From: a virus
Lineage: Duplodnaviria; Caudoviricetes
Length of the DNA: 44,874 nucleotides
Strand: one strand, 5' to 3'
IMG/VR virus record: IMGVR_UViG_3300027819_000019
Location: 1 to 44,874 of that record
How positions within the stretch are numbered: position 1 is the stretch's first letter; every line of letters starts with the position of its first letter. Below are positions 18,013 to 26,605 of the stretch, piece after piece. The notes beneath the pieces were generated by a model. That model was not told where the DNA came from and ran no database searches. It worked only from the letters and a program-made list of their open reading frames with translations. The position numbers and the translations under genes are program-made.

Positions 18013-18412
18013 CCGCGTTGGCAACCCCTACGACGAGTTCCACGGCAAGAGTCTGCGCGTGTACGACTTCGTGGCCGATGGCACAAAATCGCCACACGAT
18101 ATCTGCCTTGCGGCAGAGACAGCCACCGGGCTGCGCCTCCGGGGCGACCCAGCCGGTCAGGACGGCTACATCAACACATCGCTGCGCCCAGACGGGTCGG
18201 TGTTCGTGTCTATCGTGCTCTACGAGGCATGTAGCGGATTGTGTGGCGGTCATGCTGTTCCGCACCGCCGCGCCGCCGACATCACACCGGCGCAACGGGC
18301 CGCCGTCAAGGTTGCGTGCAAGGAGCACCCGCAGCACAAACTGGGCGGCCCGAATGATGCCGCGACTCTCCGTGGGCTCGGCTTCACGGATGCCGACGGC
18401 GCGATGAGGTGA
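18005..18412 (+). CDS. Hypothetical protein (possible fibre chaperone)
   Basis: ATG 18005 overlaps the fibre gene stop. Confidence 0.5.
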   Translation: MRNRVGNPYDEFHGKSLRVYDFVADGTKSPHDICLAAETATGLRLRGDPAGQDGYINTSLRPDGSVFVSIVLYEACSGLCGGHAVPHRRAADITPAQRAAVKVACKEHPQHKLGGPNDAATLRGLGFTDADGAMR

Positions 18413-18519
18413 GCGAACCAATGTGCGACGACTGCCGAGCGAAGTACGAGTCGGACGAACTGTTCCGCGCGTTCTACGACGACCACCTTATCCGCTGCGA
18501 GAAGTACCAGAAACCATGA
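18409..18519 (+). CDS. 36-aa Cys/His minigene (CxxC...HxxxC)
   Basis: GTGA and ATGA overlaps on both sides; MSEPMCDDC...HLIRC. Confidence 0.55.
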   Translation: MSEPMCDDCRAKYESDELFRAFYDDHLIRCEKYQKP

Positions 18520-18872
18520 CCGACGCCGACAGCGCCGCCCAGCGCGCCATCGCCGCAGCCGACGCAGCGGGGCGTCTTGTCGTGGCCGCGGAGGGTGCGG
18601 CACGAAGGCTTGCGGAGGAGGCCGCCGAGGAGCGCCGGGTCGGTATGGGCGAGTTCCTTGCGGAGATGCGCGCTGTCCGGTCTGACGTTACCCTCATTAG
18701 GACTGATGTGAACGAGATCAAGAAAGTCGTGTTCGTTGGCAACGGCCAGCGTTCGCACGCCGAGCGCATCACTACGATGGAGGCCAGTCAGGGGAAGGTG
18801 AGCTATGCCGTCATCCTCTCCGTGCTCGGCTCGGTGGTCGCATTCTTCAAGGACGGCTTCCCACCGAGATGA
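18516..18872 (+). CDS. Coiled-coil protein with C-terminal transmembrane helix (lysis-module membrane protein)
   Basis: Heptads then YAVILSVLGSVVAFF; upstream of the endolysin. Confidence 0.6.
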   Translation: MTDADSAAQRAIAAADAAGRLVVAAEGAARRLAEEAAEERRVGMGEFLAEMRAVRSDVTLIRTDVNEIKKVVFVGNGQRSHAERITTMEASQGKVSYAVILSVLGSVVAFFKDGFPPR

Positions 18873-18988
18873 CCGGCAAGCGGCAACGCAAGAAGCCGTG
18901 GAGCAAGACGTGGTGCCCGACGTGCTACATCGTCCAGCCTGACCACACGCCCGAGGAGTGTCCACGAGCGAAGAAAGGGAAGCCGTGA
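18869..18988 (+). CDS. 39-aa basic Cys/His minigene
   Basis: MTGKRQRKKPWSKTWCPTC...H....C; coupled on both sides. Confidence 0.5.
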   Translation: MTGKRQRKKPWSKTWCPTCYIVQPDHTPEECPRAKKGKP

Positions 18989-19638
18989 CCGTCGAGTGGC
19001 TCGGCCCGCTGCCCGAAGGCAACTTCCTTGTCGGTCGCCACGGCTACACGGTGGACCTGCTCGTCATGCACCACATGGACGGGACGCTCGCCGGGTCCGA
19101 TGCCTGGTTCCACAATCCCGAGAGCGGTGTGAGTTCGACGTTCGGTGTCGGTCGAAATAGCCGGTGCGTCCAGTGGCTCGCTGTCGAGGATGTGCCCTAC
19201 GCGAACGGCGACTGGATCGCGAACCTCACGAGCGAAACCTTCGAGTGGGAGGACCTGAATCAGGACCGACCCGGCGTGCCGGCGCCTTCCGGCCTCTACA
19301 CCGACGAGCAGTACGCAGCCGGCTCCGCGCTCGTCCGCGAGCGGGCGCTCGCTCGCGGCATCCCCATCCAGCGCGGCTCATGGGCAGGCGGCACGCCGGG
19401 GATCGTCTGCCACCACGACATCACCAACACCTACTGCCCCGGCACGCTCGACGTTGAGCGCATCGTGAAGGAGGCGAACAGTATGGACGAGGAGACCGTC
19501 AAGCGACTCGTGCGTGAGGTGCTTGTCGAGGACGGCTACCCGAACTTCGTGAAGGCCGCGACCGAGAGGCTCGCCATCGACGCCCACCACACCCACGACG
19601 TGCCCCTCGCTGGGGTGGCAACCTCGGAGCCGAAGTGA
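18985..19638 (+). CDS. Endolysin, N-acetylmuramoyl-L-alanine amidase (Amidase_2-like)
   Basis: LVMHH, WF.NP...VSS.F.VG, AN..S..FE.E, HHDI....CPG zinc-amidase motifs. Confidence 0.88.
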   Translation: MTVEWLGPLPEGNFLVGRHGYTVDLLVMHHMDGTLAGSDAWFHNPESGVSSTFGVGRNSRCVQWLAVEDVPYANGDWIANLTSETFEWEDLNQDRPGVPAPSGLYTDEQYAAGSALVRERALARGIPIQRGSWAGGTPGIVCHHDITNTYCPGTLDVERIVKEANSMDEETVKRLVREVLVEDGYPNFVKAATERLAIDAHHTHDVPLAGVATSEPK

Positions 19639-19913
19639 AGGGTGCCCAGAACAGTGAGCATCGCCCCACGAAACGACCACCTGTCTCTTTGGACGAGCAG
19701 GTGGGCGCGCTCATGGCCGAGTACGAGAGGGCTAGGCCGGGTCCAAGATGCGCCGTGGGGATCAGCGAGCAGCGGCAGCTCATTGAGGCGCTTCGAGAGC
19801 GCGGGGCGTCGGTCCCCTGGATCATCGCTACGGTCAATAAGAACTTCAGCACATCGTTCAGCCGGGGGCAGATAGAGCACCACGTCCGTCGAGCGTGCCG
19901 ATGTCGGCCCTGA
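19635..19913 (+). CDS. Hypothetical protein
   Basis: Coupled ORF ending in H.RR.C.C. Confidence 0.55.
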   Translation: MKGAQNSEHRPTKRPPVSLDEQVGALMAEYERARPGPRCAVGISEQRQLIEALRERGASVPWIIATVNKNFSTSFSRGQIEHHVRRACRCRP

Positions 19914-20770
19914 CCCCCAAAGACCTCCATGCGATCGTTACTACCCTGGAGGCCGAGGGCTATCGGATCACGAAGAAGGCCCCGGTCGAGCGGGCGCGAG
20001 TGACGCTGGACCTGAAGGTCAGGCCCGGCGGAATCATCAAGGTTGGCGTCGTCTCCGACACCCACATCGGTTCGACGCTCCAGCAGGTGACCGCGCTCCG
20101 AGACTTCTACGCCTATGCCGACGAGAAGGGGTGTGCAGCCTACCTACACGGTGGGGATGTGTTGGAGGGAATCCACCAGGCCCACCGAGACGCGGCGTAT
20201 GAACAGTACGCGCACGGCGTGGACGCCCAGGTGAACGCGGTCGCCGACCAGTACCCGCACTCCAAGAATGCCGTAACCTACCACGTCGCCGGCAACCACG
20301 ACGACTGGGCCTTTCAGAACGTCGGGGTATCGAGCGGGGCGCTCATCGAGCAGAGGCGTCCCGACCTGAAGTACATCGGCTACCACTCGGCGTTTGTGGA
20401 CGTTTCCGGTGTGCGCTTCCTGATCCAGCATGGCTCGCGCGGCGGCGGGTCGTATGCGAAGTCATACAAGCCGCAGAAGCTCCTAGAGGGCATGAGCGAC
20501 GCCGACCGCAACACGACCGACGTGGCGCTCTTCGGGCACTGGCACAACGAGTTGTACCTCGGCCGCTACCTCGGCATGTTCGGCTTCATGCTCCCTTGCT
20601 TCAAGGCGCAGGACCGATTCCTCCGATCGCTCGGAAAGAACCCGACCATCGGTGGCCTGCTCCTCGAAATCGAGTTCACCCGTGACAAACGCATCTGGAA
20701 TGTAAGGCCCGACTTTCGGTACTACGAGGCGATGGTGGGGGACTACCCCGGATCGGAGCACCACAAGTGA
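19895..20770 (+). CDS. Calcineurin-like metallophosphoesterase
   Basis: SDTH, GDVLEG, GNHD, QHG, GHWH motifs. Confidence 0.9.
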   Translation: MPMSALTPKDLHAIVTTLEAEGYRITKKAPVERARVTLDLKVRPGGIIKVGVVSDTHIGSTLQQVTALRDFYAYADEKGCAAYLHGGDVLEGIHQAHRDAAYEQYAHGVDAQVNAVADQYPHSKNAVTYHVAGNHDDWAFQNVGVSSGALIEQRRPDLKYIGYHSAFVDVSGVRFLIQHGSRGGGSYAKSYKPQKLLEGMSDADRNTTDVALFGHWHNELYLGRYLGMFGFMLPCFKAQDRFLRSLGKNPTIGGLLLEIEFTRDKRIWNVRPDFRYYEAMVGDYPGSEHHK

Positions 20771-20904
20771 CCGCCGCCGAGGCCGTCTGCGTGAACTGCC
20801 GCCCGACCTGTCCAGATCCGACCTACTTCCAGCACCGAATCGACGATCCCGACGTGTGCATGGCCTGCGGCTGTACCGACTTCGAGCCGGCGAATCCAGA
20901 ATGA
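20767..20904 (+). CDS. 45-aa Cys-rich minigene
   Basis: CVNC..C...H.....CMACGC; coupled on both sides. Confidence 0.55.
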   Translation: MTAAEAVCVNCRPTCPDPTYFQHRIDDPDVCMACGCTDFEPANPE

Positions 20905-21494
20905 CATGCATCGTCGCTTGCGCCGACAAGGGCAAGGTCGTCATCGGCGGGGACTCTGCGCTCACAGACGAAGATTTTCAGCAGCTCTCGATGGCGGAGA
21001 CAAAGGTCTTTCGCCACGGACCCAACGCCGAGTTCCTTGTCGGCGGGTCCGGCTCGGCGCGTGGTGGGCAACTGCTCCGCTTCAAGTTCACGCCGCCGAA
21101 GCATCCCGCGAAGATGGACCCCGACCGCTATATGGCGACGCTCTGGGTGGACGCACTCCGCGACACGCTCAAGGCCGGGGGGCATGTGTACTTCGAGGCG
21201 CATGGCTCCGAGGAGTCAAGCACCACGAACGCGCTCATCGGCTACCGCGGGTCCATCTGGGTGATGTACGGCGCGGACTTTCAGATAGAGCGCGTGCGGG
21301 ACAACTTCGTCGCCATCGGCTCCGGCTCGCAGCTCGCGCTCGGCGCGATGCACGCCACACAGGGGATGGGCGCGACGCGGGCGCGGGTGGAGGTCGCGCT
21401 CAAAGCGGCCTGTGCTTTCAACGCCGCCTGCCGTCCGCCCTTCACGATCCTGACCCTCGACGCGACCAAGACAGCGAAGGAGAAAGCACCATGA
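20901..21494 (+). CDS. HslV / proteasome-beta-like Ntn threonine protease
   Basis: N-terminal (M)TCIV, GGDS, KVF, AIGSGS..ALGA. Confidence 0.82.
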   Translation: MTCIVACADKGKVVIGGDSALTDEDFQQLSMAETKVFRHGPNAEFLVGGSGSARGGQLLRFKFTPPKHPAKMDPDRYMATLWVDALRDTLKAGGHVYFEAHGSEESSTTNALIGYRGSIWVMYGADFQIERVRDNFVAIGSGSQLALGAMHATQGMGATRARVEVALKAACAFNAACRPPFTILTLDATKTAKEKAP

Positions 21495-21736
21495 GCCTGC
21501 CGAACAGAATCACCGACAACAGCGCTGCGGTCATCGGATTCCTGCGCGCCCTGCTCATCCTCGTCACGGCGTTCTGGCCCAACCTCTTCACCGTGGACCA
21601 GAGCAACGCCATCATCGCGCTCGCCGTGGCCTCACTCGCTCTGAGCGCCATCACGGTGAAGACCACCGTGCCGAAAGCCCCGAGCGTGGACGCCGCCCCG
21701 GGTGCGATTCAGGTACCGCCACCCGTCGTCCAGTAG
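21491..21736 (+). CDS. Putative holin (two TM helices)
   Basis: 81 aa, two hydrophobic segments, in the lysis region. Confidence 0.6.
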   Translation: MSLPNRITDNSAAVIGFLRALLILVTAFWPNLFTVDQSNAIIALAVASLALSAITVKTTVPKAPSVDAAPGAIQVPPPVVQ

Positions 21737-22710
21737 TGCGCGTTCTCGTCACTGGCGGCGCGGGCTACATCGGCTCCGTCCTCACGGACACGCTGCTCGC
21801 TCGCGGCTACAGGGTCACCGTGCTCGACCGCTTCTTCTTCGGTGAGCCGAGGCCCGTCGAGAACCTGACGCTCGTCCGCGACGACATCCGTACCTGCCCG
21901 CCCTCGGTGTTCGATGGCGTGGACGCGGTGTGTGACCTAGCCGCCCTCTCCAACGACCCGCTTGGAGAACTGCTGCCGGACAAGACCTACGCAATCAACC
22001 ATCTCGGCAGGACGCGGGTGTGCGCTCTGGCGAAGGCTGCGGGAGTCAAGCGGTACGTGCTCGCCAGCTCGTGCTCCGTCTACGGCTTCCGCGACGGGAT
22101 CGCGGACGAGACGAGCGAGCCGAACCCGCTCTCGAACTACGCCAAGGCCAGTCTCCTCGCAGAGCAGTCCACCCTCGCCCTGGCGGACCACCACTTCAGC
22201 GTGACCGCGCTCCGTCAGGCCACCGTCTATGGCGCGAGTCGGCGGATGCGCTTCGACACGGCCATCAACATGATGACGCTCGCGGTGTGGCGCTACGGAG
22301 TGGTGCGGGTGGGTCGGAGCGGGACCCAGTGGCGGCCGTACATCCACATGAAGGACACCTGCCGGGCGTTCTGCCTGATGCTGGAAGCAGAGTCTTCGTC
22401 GGTGAACGGCGAGGTGTTCAACGTCGGCTCGGACGAGCAGAACTCGCAAGTGCTTCCGCGCGCCGAGATGGTGTGCGCCGCAGTTGGGGCGCCGTTCAAG
22501 ATGGAGTGGTTCGGCGACCCGGACGACCGTTCCTACCGGGTCGGCTTCGGGAAACTGGCTGCCCTCGGCTACCGGACGACACGCACATTCGAGGACGGCG
22601 CCCGAGAGGTGTACGCCGGACTTGTCACCGGGACACTTCGACCCTCCCCAAGGACTCGCACCCTGGAGTGGTACAAGCGCCTGCTCGCCCGCGATCCGCT
22701 CTGCCTCTAG
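21736..22710 (+). CDS. NAD-dependent NDP-sugar epimerase/dehydratase (extended SDR)
   Basis: TGGAGYIG, LAALSNDP, ASSCSVYG, R.ATVYG.S.RMRFD; YxxxK reads YAKAS. Confidence 0.92.
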   Translation: MRVLVTGGAGYIGSVLTDTLLARGYRVTVLDRFFFGEPRPVENLTLVRDDIRTCPPSVFDGVDAVCDLAALSNDPLGELLPDKTYAINHLGRTRVCALAKAAGVKRYVLASSCSVYGFRDGIADETSEPNPLSNYAKASLLAEQSTLALADHHFSVTALRQATVYGASRRMRFDTAINMMTLAVWRYGVVRVGRSGTQWRPYIHMKDTCRAFCLMLEAESSSVNGEVFNVGSDEQNSQVLPRAEMVCAAVGAPFKMEWFGDPDDRSYRVGFGKLAALGYRTTRTFEDGAREVYAGLVTGTLRPSPRTRTLEWYKRLLARDPLCL

Positions 22711-23903
22711 ACCAGCCTCGCCAGCGGGATCGGATGGATGAACCTACCGACGTACTCCGGATACCTCTTTGCGATGGCATCGGCGTAGTTCCACGCGAGC
22801 AGCACGATGTACTCCGGCTTCGCGCGGTCAAGTGTCGATGGTGCCACCACCGGGATATGTGTGCCGGGTGTGTAGAGTCCCTGCTTCAGCGGCGCGTCGT
22901 CGTAGATGAGTTGGATGAGGTCTGGGACAATCTCGCAGTAGTTCAGGAGAGTGTTCCCCTTCGCTGAGGCGCCGAATGCCGAGACACTATGGCCCTCGAT
23001 GAAGAGTCTGTTGAGCATCCCCACGAGCGCACGACGAGAAGCGACCACCCTGTCTGCGAAGTCTCCGTACGCGAACCCGCGCTCGTCTTCATCCTCGCGG
23101 AACGTCCACGCCGCATCAGTCTCCTTGTGCGTGTCTCCTCGGCAGACGTACACCCGGATGGACCCGCCCTGCTGGGGAAGGTGCTTGATGTCGAACACCC
23201 GCATCCCGTACCGGGCGAACAGTCGTTCCAGTGGGGCAAGAGAGAAGTAGGACAGGTGCTCGTGGTAGATGGTGTCGTACTCCGTGTGCGCGAGGAGGTC
23301 CCCGAGGTAGGGGAACTCCGCGATGAACACCCCATCGGGACGAAGGGCCGCATCGACTCCTCGCATGAAGTCGTGAAGGTCATCGACGTGCGCCATGACG
23401 TTGTTGGCGATGACGACGTTGGCGCTCGACACGCAAAGGCTGTCGCGCACCGCCTGCTCGGAGAAGAAGGTGTTGCTGGTCGTAAGTCCCCGGTCGTTCG
23501 CCACCTTCGCCAGGTTGGTCGCCGGCTCGAACCCGAACACGCCGATGTCGCGCCTATCGAGTGGTTCCAGCAGCACCCCGTCGTTGCTCCCGATCTCGAT
23601 GACGGTCGAACCCTGCGGCGCGAACCTCCTCGCCACCTCCGCGGCGTACTCCTCGAAGTGCGCCACGATTGGGGCTGACGCAGACGAGGCGTAGAGGTAG
23701 TTCTGGAACATCAGCTTTGGGTCCACGACCACCGAGAGCTGGACGAGCCCGCAGTCCACGCACCGCAGGACGAACAGGGGGTAGGTGTCCTGATTCCTGG
23801 GACTGGTGACGAACTCGTTGGCAAGGGGTTGGTGTCCGAGGTCCAGCACGTTCACGAGGTTGTCCGACCGGCAGATACGGCACCCGGAGATTTGCCTGGT
23901 CAT
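22707..23903 (-). CDS. NDP-sugar C-methyltransferase (TcaB9/EryBIII/NovU-like)
   Basis: CRIC...C.DCGLVQL zinc site, EIGSNDG, DTIYHEH.SYFS, GGSIR, GASAKGNTLL, LAWNY. Confidence 0.92.
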   Translation of the reverse strand: MTRQISGCRICRSDNLVNVLDLGHQPLANEFVTSPRNQDTYPLFVLRCVDCGLVQLSVVVDPKLMFQNYLYASSASAPIVAHFEEYAAEVARRFAPQGSTVIEIGSNDGVLLEPLDRRDIGVFGFEPATNLAKVANDRGLTTSNTFFSEQAVRDSLCVSSANVVIANNVMAHVDDLHDFMRGVDAALRPDGVFIAEFPYLGDLLAHTEYDTIYHEHLSYFSLAPLERLFARYGMRVFDIKHLPQQGGSIRVYVCRGDTHKETDAAWTFREDEDERGFAYGDFADRVVASRRALVGMLNRLFIEGHSVSAFGASAKGNTLLNYCEIVPDLIQLIYDDAPLKQGLYTPGTHIPVVAPSTLDRAKPEYIVLLAWNYADAIAKRYPEYVGRFIHPIPLARLV

Positions 23904-24118
23904 AGACCCTTCTTCCTCCACCCGATAGCCGCTAGGACCCCCGGGGGCATTGCTGCCCGCTCAACCGATCCTGCGGCCTCGTGGGCCATTCTGGCAGCCT
24001 TCAGGCCACGGAAGCGGACACCCATGACCTCTCTTGGCCCTCCCCGCCGGAGGGTTTCACGAGTGAAGGCTGAATCCGAGCGGGCGACTAGGAATAGGGG
24101 CGGCTGGATGGCCTTCAC
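23900..24118 (-). CDS. Small hypothetical protein
   Basis: 4-nt overlaps with both neighbours. Confidence 0.5.
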   Translation of the reverse strand: MKAIQPPLFLVARSDSAFTRETLRRGGPREVMGVRFRGLKAARMAHEAAGSVERAAMPPGVLAAIGWRKKGL

Positions 24119-24672
24119 TTCCCCTCCTCGGTCGTAGGTGCCGAGCCGGAGTCGTGGCAGAGTGGACAGTGTTCCCCATCCTCCTCAACCATCTCGCACA
24201 TAGAGCAACTCGGGCACTCCTCCGCTTCCAGCGCCCGACGGGTCGCCTCGTCCACGAAGATGCCCGGGGCGACCTCCGTACCGTGGCCCCTGGCGAGCCA
24301 CTTCGCACGCTCGATGGTGTCCTTCGGCTCCGTGGTCGCTGCCGAATGGAACGGGTCGTCGCAGGTTCCCGTCTGATTCCCGATGCTGAAGTTTCGATAC
24401 GCAGGATCGGTTGCTCCGCACGTCGGGCACTTCTCCGTGGTCGCTGCCGATCCGGCGCGGCGTGCGTGAATATCTTGGCACCATTCCCCGCAGACAACGG
24501 GTGGATCGTTCGGCGCAAGACCGATGCCACGACCATGAAGCCCCTGTCCACCCGGACCGAATCGCTGAACTGTCGAGCGGCAGACCATGCAGACGTAGAT
24601 ATCAGGTTGGACCGCGTGCCACACGGCACGCTCACCAACCTGGCCGCAGAGTAGGCACGACGAATTGCTCAT
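24115..24672 (-). CDS. Modular Cys-rich (zinc-finger-like) protein
   Basis: Six CxxC pairs; internal module bounded by an 18-bp direct repeat. Confidence 0.6.
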   Translation of the reverse strand: MSNSSCLLCGQVGERAVWHAVQPDIYVCMVCRSTVQRFGPGGQGLHGRGIGLAPNDPPVVCGEWCQDIHARRAGSAATTEKCPTCGATDPAYRNFSIGNQTGTCDDPFHSAATTEPKDTIERAKWLARGHGTEVAPGIFVDEATRRALEAEECPSCSMCEMVEEDGEHCPLCHDSGSAPTTEEGK

Positions 24673-24974
24673 CGCGTGTCCTCCTTCGGGGTGGTCGGCT
24701 CCTGTGGGGCGGGCTCGTAGGTAGCGCGGAAGATGTCGTCCTTGATGGGCCAGAACTCACCCTTGATGCCACGCGCGATCCAGTCGCCGTCGCTGACGTG
24801 GTGTGGTCCTTCCAGAGTATGGATGTGGGGGATGTCGAGGCCGACACCAAACTCGTCCCGCGACCCTGCGACCATGCGATGCTCCTCAAAGCAAAGGGCG
24901 GCGTGGAACTCGGCACTCAGACTGCCAAATCCAAACCGCTCCGCCTCAATGAGCGCAGTCTTTCGGTACTTCAT
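24669..24974 (-). CDS. Conserved phage protein with TLEG...GDWI..G..GEF.P.K.DIF..TYE signature
   Basis: Signature recognisable from many phage hypothetical proteins; function unknown. Confidence 0.75.
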   Translation of the reverse strand: MKYRKTALIEAERFGFGSLSAEFHAALCFEEHRMVAGSRDEFGVGLDIPHIHTLEGPHHVSDGDWIARGIKGEFWPIKDDIFRATYEPAPQEPTTPKEDTR

Positions 24975-25597
24975 GGCTTCGGCTCCTGCGGGGCGGTCGA
25001 TGATCGAGCCGCACTGTAGGCATGAACTGCATCGCCGAGTGCCTTCTCGCACTCATCTTCGTAACCAGGGTGGAGGTACTCGTCGTGAAGGCACCCCCAG
25101 GGGATTGTCGCGTCTAGGTCGTCAGCCTTCTTCAGCGCCTCCTCTGCGGCAGCGAGGCGGGCGGTGAGAGTGACAACTTCGCCAAGAGCCGAGACGCAGT
25201 CCGCGTCAGCGAGACGCGCCGCAAGGTTCAACCGCTCTACCGCCGTGGTCAACCGCTCCACCTCGGCATCCCTGCTCGATGAGGCGTTGAGGGCTCGGAC
25301 CATTTCGGGAATCCAGTGATAGAGCGGGTTCTCGAACTTCACGCCTTGAGGTTCCCCGCTCGGATGGATCAGGACGCGCTCGGGCTCGCCGCTCGTCGGC
25401 TCCTCGACTGGAAGCCACGTCCACTTCCCCTCACCCATCACCGGCCTCTCGGATGCGGAGGAGCGGAGGGCGAGGAGCTCCGCCTCCAACTTGTCAACGG
25501 TCGCGTGCTCGCTCAGGGCGGCGTGCTTCCACTCGTCGCGCTCGCGCTGTAGCCGGTCGGCGTGCTCTTGCATCGCATCGTGCGCTAGGTCACTCAC
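24971..25597 (-). CDS. Coiled-coil hypothetical protein
   Basis: GAGGAGG SD before GTG 25597; RDAEVERL heptads. Confidence 0.55.
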   Translation of the reverse strand: MSDLAHDAMQEHADRLQRERDEWKHAALSEHATVDKLEAELLALRSSASERPVMGEGKWTWLPVEEPTSGEPERVLIHPSGEPQGVKFENPLYHWIPEMVRALNASSSRDAEVERLTTAVERLNLAARLADADCVSALGEVVTLTARLAAAEEALKKADDLDATIPWGCLHDEYLHPGYEDECEKALGDAVHAYSAARSSTAPQEPKP

Positions 25598-25934
25598 GGC
25601 GGGCCTCCTCAATGGCGCGGAGGGCGCCCACAAGCGCGTCGTGGTCTTTTCTCCACACGAGGATGCGGTCGGGATGAGCATTCCGCTCGCCGTATGTCCC
25701 CGCAACCATCCGCGCCGCCCCCACCAGCCGCTCGATGGCGTCGCTCGGCTTCGGCTGGGCGTTGAGGGCAGCTTCTAGGTCGGCGGCGCAGCGTTCCGTG
25801 GCATCGCTAAATCCATCTCCGTACCCGCGTTCTTTGAAGTGGTCTGCATAGACACGCCAGAGCGCCGGGAGTTCTGCGACGAGTTCGTGTGGTGTCTCCT
25901 TCGGCTGCTCTGATGGGCTAGATGAGTCCGGCAT
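25590..25934 (-). CDS. Hypothetical protein (repeat-bounded cassette)
   Basis: GAGGAGG SD; flanked by a 17/20 direct repeat. Confidence 0.6.
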   Translation of the reverse strand: MPDSSSPSEQPKETPHELVAELPALWRVYADHFKERGYGDGFSDATERCAADLEAALNAQPKPSDAIERLVGAARMVAGTYGERNAHPDRILVWRKDHDALVGALRAIEEARRE

Positions 25935-26097
25935 GACGGGCCTCCTCGATGAGCATTTGCTCCTCGCTATCGTCGGCCAGGTTGTCGGTCTGGATGACCG
26001 CCCGGTAGGACTTCGCCAGCCGTTGTGCGAGGCCGTAGAGCGCGCGGTAGTTCTCCTCGAATCCAGCCCATCCTCTCGGCTGCTCTGGTTGGGTCAT
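25918..26097 (-). CDS. 59-aa hypothetical protein (MTQPEQPR...)
   Basis: ATGA overlap with the upstream gene; below the ORF-track cutoff. Confidence 0.55.
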   Translation of the reverse strand: MTQPEQPRGWAGFEENYRALYGLAQRLAKSYRAVIQTDNLADDSEEQMLIEEARHAGLI

Positions 26098-26363
26098 GGC
26101 CGCTCCTCTCGGTCGAGTGCGGCGAGGGCTTCGGTCATCGCGTCAACGGCGCGCAGGCGCTCCTGGTGGGCGCCCTCGAACTGGGTCCGCTTGTACTCAC
26201 GCACCGCATCCACCAGCGCGTCGTAGAGGGGCTGGCGGGACCACAGACGATGTTCGTGCTCTCGGATCGCCGCGTTCACCGAACCCGCCGCTGCGATTCG
26301 TGCGGCCAATGCGATCTCTCGGTCGCGTTCGATGGCGCTCTCTGCGGGTATCGGGGTGGTCAT
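26094..26363 (-). CDS. Hypothetical helical protein
   Basis: GGAGG SD and ATGA overlap. Confidence 0.55.
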   Translation of the reverse strand: MTTPIPAESAIERDREIALAARIAAAGSVNAAIREHEHRLWSRQPLYDALVDAVREYKRTQFEGAHQERLRAVDAMTEALAALDREERP

Positions 26364-26605
26364 GATTCGTCCTCCATACGCTGCATGTACGCCTCGTACT
26401 CGTCGCCGCACTCCTTGCAATAGTTCTGCGCCCATTGGGCCGCGACGATTCGCGGATCGGCTTTCATGTGTTGATGGAACTCGTTAGATTCACAAGGAAC
26501 GCTGTCGCCGAGACGATACGGCGGCTCTGGCGAGAACTTCCCATCGTCACGCTTCACCCAAGGCCACTTCTGACCAGGTGTCGGGGTCATTCCATCCTCC
26601 TTCAT
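26360..26605 (-). CDS. Hypothetical protein
   Basis: Coupled ORF with C..H and CKEC. Confidence 0.55.
   Translation of the reverse strand: MKEDGMTPTPGQKWPWVKRDDGKFSPEPPYRLGDSVPCESNEFHQHMKADPRIVAAQWAQNYCKECGDEYEAYMQRMEDES

Noticed and set aside
24328-26097. CRISPR array or diversity-generating retroelement
   Set aside because: Repeats are different pairs, coding and irregularly spaced; no cas or reverse transcriptase genes, no adenine-specific variant pair
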